NCBI GenBank assembly: GCA_047602425.1
Contig: JASGHG010000001.1
Location: 3,296,001 to 3,360,000, forward strand
DNA from: Nibricoccus sp.
GTDB lineage: Bacteria; Verrucomicrobiota; Verrucomicrobiia; Opitutales; Opitutaceae
DNA length: 64,000 nucleotides
Reading direction: 5' to 3'
Shown: one piece after another, positions 49,493 through 57,803 of the stretch
Layout of the letters: every line of letters starts with the position of its first letter
How positions within the stretch are numbered: position 1 is the stretch's first letter
Position numbers and translations under genes: made by a program
Notes under the pieces: model-generated
Seen by the model: the letters and a program-made list of their open reading frames with translations, nothing else
Database searches by the model: none
What the model was told of the DNA's origin: nothing

Positions 49493-52400
49493 GTGCTTGG
49501 AGTCATGCAACCGGAAGGCAATTTTCTCCATAGGCTAACTTTTTTTTGGCCCCGTACTTTCATATTCATATCGGTGGTGTTCTTCTTCGGTGGGGGTGTT
49601 GCTGGATTGGAAGCGCAACCTGCTGGAAATGTTGAGAGGTTCATTCTACAGCCATGGCAGTGGGATGGTGTCGTCGCGGCGCTGGAAGATCCGAATATGG
49701 AGGTACAACGCGCTGCGCTCAATTGGCTCTCTAAGCTAGATCCGCGGAGTACCGACGCCCCGGATGATACACGATCCAAGCGACTTGCGGAACTAGTCGA
49801 CGAACATTTAAGCGATAGTCACGACTTTAGTGAAAAAATCGCCGCCTTACGTTCGCTATACTGGGGACAGTCTCCGCGTTCTCACCAGTTGGTGGTTGGG
49901 TTGTTCAAAAGCAAGGACCCAGTTTTTCTGAAATATGTTTTGGCAGCACTCGAAGAATTCGGACCGGACTGGGCTATGTTCGCGCCCCAAGTGGCAGACC
50001 TTCTCAACAACAAAGATACTGAAGTACAAGCCGCCGCAATCCGTGCGCTAGGTAATATGGGACCGGTCGGCGCAAAATTTTCAGCCCGATTGGCCAGCTT
50101 TCTAAAAAGCGGCGATTTCCATGTTCAGACGTCAACAATCTATGCACTTGTCAGACTAGGATTGGCCGGAACGATGTCCGCGCCTCAGCTCGCTGAACTC
50201 CTTAAAAAAGGTGACTCCAGTGTACGAGGTGCCGCAGCTTATGCCCTTGGTGCCATGGGTCCGGACGCAGCAAGCTTGGCATTGACGCCGGAATTGATCG
50301 AGCTCCTTAGAAACAGAAACCCAGAGGTTTTTAACTCCGTTGGTGCTGTATTCCAGGGACTGGGGCCCGCAGGCGTGGCATATGCCCCAAAATTGACCGA
50401 GCACTTCAATGATAAAGATCCCAGCGTACGATGCGCCGCAGCAGACCTAGTCGGTATAATCGGGGCGGCAGCTGCAGCATTTACGCCCGAGGTCGCGAAA
50501 CTCCTCAAGGACGACAGTCCAGCCGTTCAAAGATCCGCGGCCAATGCGCTTATAAAAATGGGGCCGGCCGGGAAAGCGCATGCTTCTCAAGTTGCCGAAC
50601 TCCTCAAAAGTAACAATACCGATGTACAGAGTTTTGCAGCTGGTGCCCTCGGGAAAATGGGATCGCAGGGCGCGCTCTTTGCATCCCAGATCGCTGGGCT
50701 CTTAAACAATAAAAGCAATGAGCTCCGTTGTTCTGCTCTATCCGCACTGGGCGAGATGGGACTGGCTGCTGGGGACTGTGCGCCTCAAATAGCCGAACAA
50801 CTTAAGTACAATAATATTTCCATCCAAAGATTAGCGGCCATCGCTCTTGGAAGAATAGGCCCAAAGGGTGCAGTCTTCGCGCCTCAGATAGCCGAACTCC
50901 TTAAAAGTGACAGCGCCAACATGCGGGGGTACGCAGTCTACGCTCTAGGCAACATGGGACTGGCCAGCGCACCTTTCGTGCCGCAAATCGCCGAGTTTCT
51001 AGACGACACTGATTTCGACCTCCGAATATCTGGAGCCGTTGCAATCGGTAAAATAGGCCCCGCAGGTAGCCCCGTTGCCCATAAAATGGTGACATGCCTC
51101 ACAGGCGGTGAAGAAAACTCTAAAATTGTATCTACAAACGCGCTCATTCGTGTCTGCGTTCAGCCAAATCCATCTGTTGCCATGTACCTCATGGATTTGT
51201 CTCATGGTTATATTGTTTCAAGGGGTTTTCTTGAATTTGTCGCTTATCTTCTGGGCGGAGGCGAAAAGCCGAATCGGTTTCGGGTTCAATGGCTTTCCAG
51301 TCGATCCCCGCAAGCGAGCAAAACAATTTCTGACCTGAACCATACGGAAACACGCGAAGTTCTAGCGGAATTACATAGCGCAATACGCGTGTCCGATAAG
51401 TTACCGACCGTAAGCAACAAGATAGCAAAACTAGCTGCGGACTTAGTGCGTAAACATGGGCCAGTCGATAACAACCTAGTGCTAGATCTAATGGATTCGT
51501 TGGAGAAGGCAGGATATCCTGATCAGGCGCGGACACTGGAAGATGCGCTCAAGAATAAATCCCGGTTAATAAATAAATTGGGCTGGAGTGCTGAGGCGTG
51601 GTCTGCACCGGGCGCGTCATGGGAAAAGTTTGCGGCGTGGAACCTGGGATTGTTGGCCACTTTATATAGCTGCGTGATAGTAGTGCTGTTTATTGGATCG
51701 CCGTTGAGCCTGGTCCAATTACACGAAGGCTGGGCGATCATCTTTGGCTCGGTGCCCTGGATCGGCGATGCGCTAGAGCGAGTGGCGAAGTTATCAGCGC
51801 TATTCCTTATTACCTCGCGTCGTTGTTTGGATGCCGTTGTCCACCATTATGCGGCAAAGGCTTTGGTTGATTTAGAGAAACGCACAGAAGTCGGATCGCG
51901 CCACCATTGGATTGCGGCTCCACTCGAAATTAGAGACGAAGAATTCGGTACGGCTAACCGACCATTCGTTCCTCCTAAAGATGCTCCAGCAGGAATGATC
52001 TACATACGAGGGCTCACGGAGCTTGGCAAGTATCTCACCGGACCACGAAGGTGGGTATCGATTGAAGGTCCAGGTGGCGTCGGTAAGTCAGTATTGGCTT
52101 TTCAAATTGCCCGTTGGTTTGCCGATTCCAAGGCGGCGAATCGTTTACATCAGGCCCAGGCTATCCCCATTTTTGTTCGGGAGCTCAAAGAGGGACTAGA
52201 TAAAGAAGTACTAGCCGAGCTTAAACGTGCATTGGGGATGCCCAAGATGTCTACGATACTTTCCGAGGCGCTTCTTAAGAACGGTCGAGTCTTGGCGATC
52301 GTAGATGGCGTCTCTGAAAAGAAGGTAGATTTCGACGAACTCAATTCCGAACAATTCAATCCAGCTAAAGATGCGCAGCTCACGCACTTCGTCGTAGTTA

Positions 52401-53131
52401 CCAGCCGTCGCCGCGTAAGACCTAATGATACGATATTAGTACGTCCTCTACACGTGGATTTGGGGAGTATCGATGTTGTCCTGAATCGGTATATCGATGG
52501 CGTCGTGGGCGCGGGTCGGTTTTCGCCGGCTCATCGCGAAGCTATTCGCGATGCAATCAAGAGAATCATGGACGAGCTTAAAACCGAGTCAGATCCGGAC
52601 GCGAATATCCCGCTTGTTTTCATAAAGCTGATCGTCGATAGAGCAGACAGAGTGCTGTCGAGTCCGGGGGCGATAAATGCACAGGATGGTGAGGATGTAG
52701 TCCTTCCGCAGAGTCTTTCCGATTTGGTGGACCAGTATCTGGCTAGTCTCTTGGAGAACACCCCCGACAAGGAGATCCATGCTGTTCGCACTCGAAAGGC
52801 AGCCCTCGCATGCGTCGGTAAAGAGGGACTCCCTGTGTCACGCCCGCTGGCGGCATATAGAACCAAAGGTCTTGAGCAGGATCAACTGGATCTACTCGTG
52901 ACTGTTGGCCTACTTACTAAGGATGAGAGCGACATGGGCGATCCTCTATATAAATTCGCGCTTGATCCAATCGCAGAATACTTAGCCGCAAAAGAACTCG
53001 TGACTTTGGTACGAGACGGGGAGTTGGAATCAGTCGAGCTTGCTCGCATGCGTGCACAATTTAACAAAGAATCTGATGTCAACCAACAGATCATTCGTGT
53101 GGCACGGGCCAAGAAGATCGATGTGGATTGA
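49493..53131 (+). CDS. HEAT-repeat / transmembrane / NACHT-like P-loop NTPase protein
   Basis: N-terminal hydrophobic helix; about 12 HEAT repeats (AAxALGxMGPxGxxFAPQxAELLK); central hydrophobic segments; Walker A GPGGVGKS; Walker B VLAIVDGVSE; LDPIAEYLAA. Many A/T-ending codons. Confidence 0.85.
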   Translation: MLGVMQPEGNFLHRLTFFWPRTFIFISVVFFFGGGVAGLEAQPAGNVERFILQPWQWDGVVAALEDPNMEVQRAALNWLSKLDPRSTDAPDDTRSKRLAELVDEHLSDSHDFSEKIAALRSLYWGQSPRSHQLVVGLFKSKDPVFLKYVLAALEEFGPDWAMFAPQVADLLNNKDTEVQAAAIRALGNMGPVGAKFSARLASFLKSGDFHVQTSTIYALVRLGLAGTMSAPQLAELLKKGDSSVRGAAAYALGAMGPDAASLALTPELIELLRNRNPEVFNSVGAVFQGLGPAGVAYAPKLTEHFNDKDPSVRCAAADLVGIIGAAAAAFTPEVAKLLKDDSPAVQRSAANALIKMGPAGKAHASQVAELLKSNNTDVQSFAAGALGKMGSQGALFASQIAGLLNNKSNELRCSALSALGEMGLAAGDCAPQIAEQLKYNNISIQRLAAIALGRIGPKGAVFAPQIAELLKSDSANMRGYAVYALGNMGLASAPFVPQIAEFLDDTDFDLRISGAVAIGKIGPAGSPVAHKMVTCLTGGEENSKIVSTNALIRVCVQPNPSVAMYLMDLSHGYIVSRGFLEFVAYLLGGGEKPNRFRVQWLSSRSPQASKTISDLNHTETREVLAELHSAIRVSDKLPTVSNKIAKLAADLVRKHGPVDNNLVLDLMDSLEKAGYPDQARTLEDALKNKSRLINKLGWSAEAWSAPGASWEKFAAWNLGLLATLYSCVIVVLFIGSPLSLVQLHEGWAIIFGSVPWIGDALERVAKLSALFLITSRRCLDAVVHHYAAKALVDLEKRTEVGSRHHWIAAPLEIRDEEFGTANRPFVPPKDAPAGMIYIRGLTELGKYLTGPRRWVSIEGPGGVGKSVLAFQIARWFADSKAANRLHQAQAIPIFVRELKEGLDKEVLAELKRALGMPKMSTILSEALLKNGRVLAIVDGVSEKKVDFDELNSEQFNPAKDAQLTHFVVVTSRRRVRPNDTILVRPLHVDLGSIDVVLNRYIDGVVGAGRFSPAHREAIRDAIKRIMDELKTESDPDANIPLVFIKLIVDRADRVLSSPGAINAQDGEDVVLPQSLSDLVDQYLASLLENTPDKEIHAVRTRKAALACVGKEGLPVSRPLAAYRTKGLEQDQLDLLVTVGLLTKDESDMGDPLYKFALDPIAEYLAAKELVTLVRDGELESVELARMRAQFNKESDVNQQIIRVARAKKIDVD

Positions 53132-53223
53132 GGAGTACGGCACGGGTCGGGAAAGCGAGGCGGCAACACCCTGTCCGAACGCGGTGGCATTGTTCGTTGA
53201 AGGAGTGGTTCTACACCATTCCT

Positions 53224-53628
53224 ATGATCAAACAGATTGCTCTTAATATTCCTGTCGCGGATTTGCCGAGGTCGGTTTCGTTTTTTACGGCGCTTGGGTT
53301 TTCGCTCAATCCGCAGTTCACCGGTGACACGTGCGCGTGTGTCGTCGTCAGCGAGTCGATCACTGTCATGCTGTCGACGCATGCGAAGTTTCGCGAATTC
53401 ACGCCGAAGGCGGTTTGCGACACGAGCAAGGCGGCGGAGGCGTTGTTCTGCCTGAGTTGCGAGAGTCGCGCGGAGGTGGACGGACTCGTCGCGAAGGCGC
53501 TCGCGGCCGGAGGCACGACCTACGACAAGGCGGAGGATTTTGGTTTCATGTACACGCACAGCTTTGTCGATCCCGATGGTCACGGGTGGGGGCTGTTTTA
53601 TCTGAGCGCGCCGCCGACATCGGTCTGA
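53224..53628 (+). CDS. VOC/glyoxalase-family protein
   Basis: NIPVADLPRSVSFFTALGF, SRAEVD, GFMY.HSF.DPDGHGW. Confidence 0.9.
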   Translation: MIKQIALNIPVADLPRSVSFFTALGFSLNPQFTGDTCACVVVSESITVMLSTHAKFREFTPKAVCDTSKAAEALFCLSCESRAEVDGLVAKALAAGGTTYDKAEDFGFMYTHSFVDPDGHGWGLFYLSAPPTSV

Positions 53629-53679
53629 CGATCGAACGGGTCGTCAGAGGACGTTGTTTGAGGAGGGCCCAGGCGTAAA

Positions 53680-53705
53680 CGGACGGCCCGGCGGTCCGTC
53701 CCTAC
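53680..53705 (-). repeat. REP, family B
   Basis: cggacggcccggcggtccgtccctac, exact reverse complement of 47766-47791. Confidence 0.85.
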
Positions 53706-53852
53706 CTGTTCACGGCCGACAAGGGTGGAGGCGTTGACTTGAGCGTGCGTGCTCGGGTTTGGACGGGTGGAACGCGTTGGTTCGGGTCTCGGAAAAGCGC
53801 CTTGAGGGCAAGTCGCCCGCAGATTTTGCCTTTTTTTGGGGGGGGGGAGACG

Positions 53853-54332
53853 TCAGGCGGGGGAAAGTTCCTTTGTCATGAACACGCTATTGGGGTCGTC
53901 GCGGTAGTCGGCGAAGGGTGGGCAGGGTTTAAAACCATGCTTTTGATACAAACGGTGCGCGGGGTGGAAATATTCGCGCGCGCCGGTTTCGAGGCTCAGC
54001 CAGCGATAGCCCCGCCGCCGGGCCTCGGCGATGATGGTTTGGATGATGGCGCTGCCGACTCCGCTGCGAAGATGAGTCTTGATGGTGCGCATGGATTTTA
54101 ATTCGCCGTGGTCGGGGCCAAGCTCCTTCAGCGCCCCGCACCCTAACAACTCGCCACCGGCCCAAGCGCTCCAGAAGGTGACTTCGGGTTTCTTCAGTTT
54201 GTCGAGATTCAGCGCATGCATGCTGCGCACCGGAGTGATCTCGGTCAGGGCGCGGAGATGCTCCATCAGCAGTTCCTTGATTTTAGGGCCGCTCAGATCG
54301 TCGACGCGAATCTCCAGGGTTTGCGGGGTCAT
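53853..54332 (-). CDS. GNAT-family N-acetyltransferase
   Basis: LLGCGALKEL, GELKSMRT, RSGVG, LSLETG, LYQKHGF. Confidence 0.93.
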   Translation of the reverse strand: MTPQTLEIRVDDLSGPKIKELLMEHLRALTEITPVRSMHALNLDKLKKPEVTFWSAWAGGELLGCGALKELGPDHGELKSMRTIKTHLRSGVGSAIIQTIIAEARRRGYRWLSLETGAREYFHPAHRLYQKHGFKPCPPFADYRDDPNSVFMTKELSPA

Positions 54333-54402
54333 CGTTTGAGATAGCTAAAGCACATGCAATATAACGGTAGCCGCAAATCGAATGATGAACCGGACTGTCT
54401 TT

Positions 54403-54470
54403 GTAGGGGCATTGCTGCGCCCGATTCGAGCCGGGCACTCGCAATGGGCGCAGCAAGACTGCGCCCCTAC
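54403..54470. repeat. REP doublet, family C (left arm with small deletion)
   Basis: gtaggggcattgctgcgccc ... gggcgcagcaagactgcgcccctac. Confidence 0.8.
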
Positions 54471-54603
54471 AGTCGGAGGTTTGCGACGACGCGGTGGCGC
54501 AGGCTCCTGTGCTCCGGGGTGGCGTGGGGTGCTGTGATGGAAAACGCGGAGCAGGAGACGGCGGGCGGGTTGACCGCGGGCGGGGGAGGCGGAGGATGGG
54601 GGC

Positions 54604-55503
54604 ATGTCGACCGAGTCCAAAACGCAGCCAGCCACCGGGAGTTTCTTCGCGGCGTCGGCGAGTTATTTTATTTGGGGAATTTTCCCACTGTTCTGGCGGT
54701 TGCTCACGGTGGTCGATGCGACGGAGTTGATCGCGCATCGCGTGGTGTGGTCGTTGTTGTTTCTACTCGGCGTGGTGGCGGTGCAGCGGCGGCTGCCGGA
54801 ATTGGCGCGGGCGTGTCGGGATTGGAAAAATCTGCGGGTGCACGCGGCGAGCGGCGCGCTGCTGACGGTGAACTGGCTCGTCTATGTGTGGGGCGTGAAC
54901 CATGGGCATGTGATCGAGTGCAGTCTCGGTTATTTTCTGGTGCCGTTGATCAACGTGGCGCTGGGACGCTGGTTGTTGCACGAGCATCTGCGGAAAGCGC
55001 AACTGGTCGCGATCGTCGTCGCGGCGCTTGGGGTGGCTTTGATGGTTTGGCGTGTGGGGAGGATTCCGTGGATCGCGCTGTCGCTGGCGGCGACCTTTGG
55101 GCTTTACGGCTTGTTGCGGAAACGCTCGGCGCTCGGGCCGCTCGCGGGGCTGACGCTGGAGACGCTGCTGCTGGTGCCGTTGGCGGCGGGTTTTTTGCTC
55201 TGGCGTTGTGCGCAAGGTGGCGGGGCGCTCGGTCACGTGGACGCGATGACGACGGCGCTCATCCTGAGCAGCGGCGTGGTGACGGCGGTGCCGTTGTTGC
55301 TCTTCGCGAAAGGTGCGCGCGGGCTGCGGATGATCACGCTCGGGCTGCTACAATATCTGGCGCCAACGTGTCAGTTTCTTCTCGGCTGGCTGTTGTACAA
55401 CGAAACGATGGGCGCGGCACGGGCCGGTGCGTTTGCGCTGATCTGGGCGGGGCTGGCGCTCTACAGCATCGACGCGGTGCTGGCTTCGCGTGCGGCGCGG
55501 TGA
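54604..55503 (+). CDS. rarD: EamA-family transporter RarD
   Basis: YFIWGIFPLFW, HRVVWS, NWLVYVW, SLGYF, TFGLYGLLRK, GLLQYLAPT. Confidence 0.93.
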   Translation: MSTESKTQPATGSFFAASASYFIWGIFPLFWRLLTVVDATELIAHRVVWSLLFLLGVVAVQRRLPELARACRDWKNLRVHAASGALLTVNWLVYVWGVNHGHVIECSLGYFLVPLINVALGRWLLHEHLRKAQLVAIVVAALGVALMVWRVGRIPWIALSLAATFGLYGLLRKRSALGPLAGLTLETLLLVPLAAGFLLWRCAQGGGALGHVDAMTTALILSSGVVTAVPLLLFAKGARGLRMITLGLLQYLAPTCQFLLGWLLYNETMGAARAGAFALIWAGLALYSIDAVLASRAAR

Positions 55504-55556
55504 GGACGGCGCGGTGGCGAATGGTGGGAGCGGGTTAAACTGCGAGGGATGGAAAA

Positions 55557-55579
55557 TCTCGGCGTAAAGCCGCTCTTAC
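55557..55579 (-). repeat. Degenerate REP, family A
   Basis: tctcggcgtaaagccgctcttac. Confidence 0.65.
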
Positions 55580-55618
55580 AGGACGGAGTTTTGCGGGCTG
55601 CGACGGATTTGAAATATT

Positions 55619-56359
55619 CTAGAGGGTTTCTTGGCCGCCGTGTTTACGGAGGATCGCAGCGACGTCTTGAAAACCTTTTTCCACGGCGATTTTCAGCGGC
55701 GTCTTGCGAAACGCGTCGGGCGCGTTGACGTTGGTGGCGCCGTTGGTGAGGAGCCATTCGGTCATGGGCGCGCGGCCGTCGCGTGCGGCGGCGCTGAGGG
55801 CTTGATTGAAGTCGGGGGCGTTGGGCGCGAGGTGCGGTTTGATCGCCTCGGCAATGGCAACTTCTCCGCCGATGGCGGCGTGGTAGAGCAGCGTGAGGTT
55901 GTGCGGGCCTTTGGTGACGGCGGCTTGCGGCGAAACTTTCAGCAGGGCGATCACGGTTTCGGAATAACCGAGCATGGCGGCGCAAAACGTGTCGATTCGC
56001 GCGCCGGCCGATAGAAGGAATTCGACGATGTCGCGGCGACCGACATGAGCGGCGCCGTTCAATCCCATTTCCCAATCGCCGATGCCGATGTTGCCGGTAT
56101 CGGCGGACGCGTAAACCAAGCGCGGCTCGCGGGCCAGCATGGCCTTCACTTTGTCGAGATCGCGGTGGGCGGCTAAAACAAATTCCGTGGCGAGGGCCGG
56201 GTCGTGAGTGGGCTTAACCCGATCCTTTGGCGCGGTACCCGGCGGTTTGGCCTCCATCGATTTGGTGGTGTCCTGGCCAAAAACATTGGAAGCGGAAGCG
56301 GTGGTCAACGCGGCGGCGGCCGCGGCATGGGTGAGGAAGGTGCGTCGAGGAATCTTCAT
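55619..56359 (-). CDS. Tat-exported ankyrin-repeat protein
   Basis: RRTFL twin-arginine leader; AAHVGRRDIVEFLLSAGA, TLLYHAAIGG, TPLKIAVEKG repeats. Confidence 0.85.
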   Translation of the reverse strand: MKIPRRTFLTHAAAAAALTTASASNVFGQDTTKSMEAKPPGTAPKDRVKPTHDPALATEFVLAAHRDLDKVKAMLAREPRLVYASADTGNIGIGDWEMGLNGAAHVGRRDIVEFLLSAGARIDTFCAAMLGYSETVIALLKVSPQAAVTKGPHNLTLLYHAAIGGEVAIAEAIKPHLAPNAPDFNQALSAAARDGRAPMTEWLLTNGATNVNAPDAFRKTPLKIAVEKGFQDVAAILRKHGGQETL

Positions 56360-56470
56360 GCGGGGTGAAAGGTGAAAACACCGGGAAGTGTCCGTGTTAG
56401 GACGCTTTCCTGACGGAATGAGTTACGGCGAACTCCAAGACGACGACGGCGGGGGGCTGGCCGCACGGCC

Positions 56471-56863
56471 TCAGCGGCGCGCGGGCTGGAACAGTTCGAC
56501 CGGATTGCCCGAGGGATCGTCCATGATCACTTCCGAGCCGCCGGGACCGGTCAAGATATCGCTGCGGAAATGCACCTGCGCCTTTCGCAGTCGCTCGATC
56601 TCGGCCGGAAGATCGTCGACGTTGATGATGATGCGATTCCAGCCGCCCGGCTCCGCCTTGCTGCCATCCAGCATTGGCTTGGCGGCGCCTCCCGGCCCAA
56701 AAGGAGTGCTGAGCACCATGGTGAAATTGCCACGCGAGATCATGGCGAAGTTTTCATTTGTCGGTACTTCCTGGTTTATCTGAAAGCCGAGGTGTTTCGT
56801 GTAAAACGAAACGGCTCCGGCGATATTGTTGACCATGTAGCGTGTGCGAACGGTATTGTTCAT
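56471..56863 (-). CDS. VOC/glyoxalase-family protein
   Basis: RYMVNNI..AVSFYTKHLGF, PGGWNRI, DDPSGNPVELFQP. Confidence 0.92.
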   Translation of the reverse strand: MNNTVRTRYMVNNIAGAVSFYTKHLGFQINQEVPTNENFAMISRGNFTMVLSTPFGPGGAAKPMLDGSKAEPGGWNRIIINVDDLPAEIERLRKAQVHFRSDILTGPGGSEVIMDDPSGNPVELFQPARR

Positions 56864-56998
56864 GTGAGCCTCCTGCTTTTTGCGATGAGGCACTATACTC
56901 AGGTCGAACGAAAGTGGGCGCGCCAGTGGGCGAAAAAGCGCACGAATTTGCCCTGGGGAATATTCGTCGCGATGCGTGTCACGCTTGAGGATCGAACT

Positions 56999-57056
56999 GC
57001 AGGAGCGGCTTTACGCCGCGATTTTCCCATCCATCGCGGCGTAAAGCCGCTCCGAC
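56999..57056. repeat. REP doublet (REPIN-like), family A
   Basis: gcaggagcggctttacgccgcgat-N10-atcgcggcgtaaagccgctccgac. Confidence 0.88.
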
Positions 57057-57144
57057 AAAGAAGGAATAAAAAATCCCAAAACGACGGCGAAGCCGGCGTT
57101 TTGGGAGGAGGAAGCGGTTCGTTGGGGGATTTCCCGATCTGTCG

Positions 57145-57549
57145 TTATTCGTGGAGCGCGAATTTGAGCGGGAGGCTCAGCTGGCAGGCGACCGGAGTGC
57201 CGTTCTTGCTGCCGGGTTCGAATTCCCACGCGGAAACGGCGGCGAGGGCGGCTTCGCCGAAGGCGGGGTCCGTGGCTTTTTCGACGCGGACGCTTTTCAC
57301 CGAACCATCAATGTCCACTACAAAGGAGATCACGGCCTCACCGGTAATGCGGGCGGCTTTGAGGTCGGCGGGGTAGCGGGGCTGCACGCGTTTGATGGGA
57401 TTCGGCTTTTTGTCGAGTTCGGTCAACGGGCAGAGTTTCGAGTCCGTTTGGGCGCAGGGGCTGGTTTCGGCGGCGGATTGCTGGGCGCTGAGAGACAAAC
57501 CGGACAGGCCGGCGGCCAAGACGAGGAGGGCGATTTTGGAGGTTTTCAT
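57145..57549 (-). CDS. Short TonB C-terminal-domain protein with signal peptide
   Basis: PRYPADLKAARITGEAVISFVVDIDGSV...WEFEPG.KNG.PV; no Pro-rich spacer. Confidence 0.85.
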   Translation of the reverse strand: MKTSKIALLVLAAGLSGLSLSAQQSAAETSPCAQTDSKLCPLTELDKKPNPIKRVQPRYPADLKAARITGEAVISFVVDIDGSVKSVRVEKATDPAFGEAALAAVSAWEFEPGSKNGTPVACQLSLPLKFALHE

Positions 57550-57803
57550 GGATTCTTTTCGAGGAGTTTTTGTTGGAGGAATGAAAATGGATTCCATGAT
57601 AGGCACCCGCACGACGGGCGGACCGCACAAGTTTTTTTCAAGGGAGTGGCGGTGTCCCTTTGGAGCGGCATTTCCAGAGGCGGACGGTGGCAATTGTCAC
57701 GAAAAAGCGAAACGCGGGTGGGCGAGTTGACTTGGTTCGAGTTTGGCACTTTTTGGGGAATCCAAGGCGGGTGCATGGTGTATTTCCCACTTGGCTCCTC
57801 ATT

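Noticed and set aside
53829..53848. T8-G10 homopolymer run as a phase-variation tract
   Set aside because: It lies just downstream of the GNAT stop codon, not in a coding region or promoter.
54354..55538. 394-aa Gly/Ala/Arg-rich ORF overlapping rarD
   Set aside because: Alternative frame of a clear RarD gene; low-complexity translation that runs through a REP.
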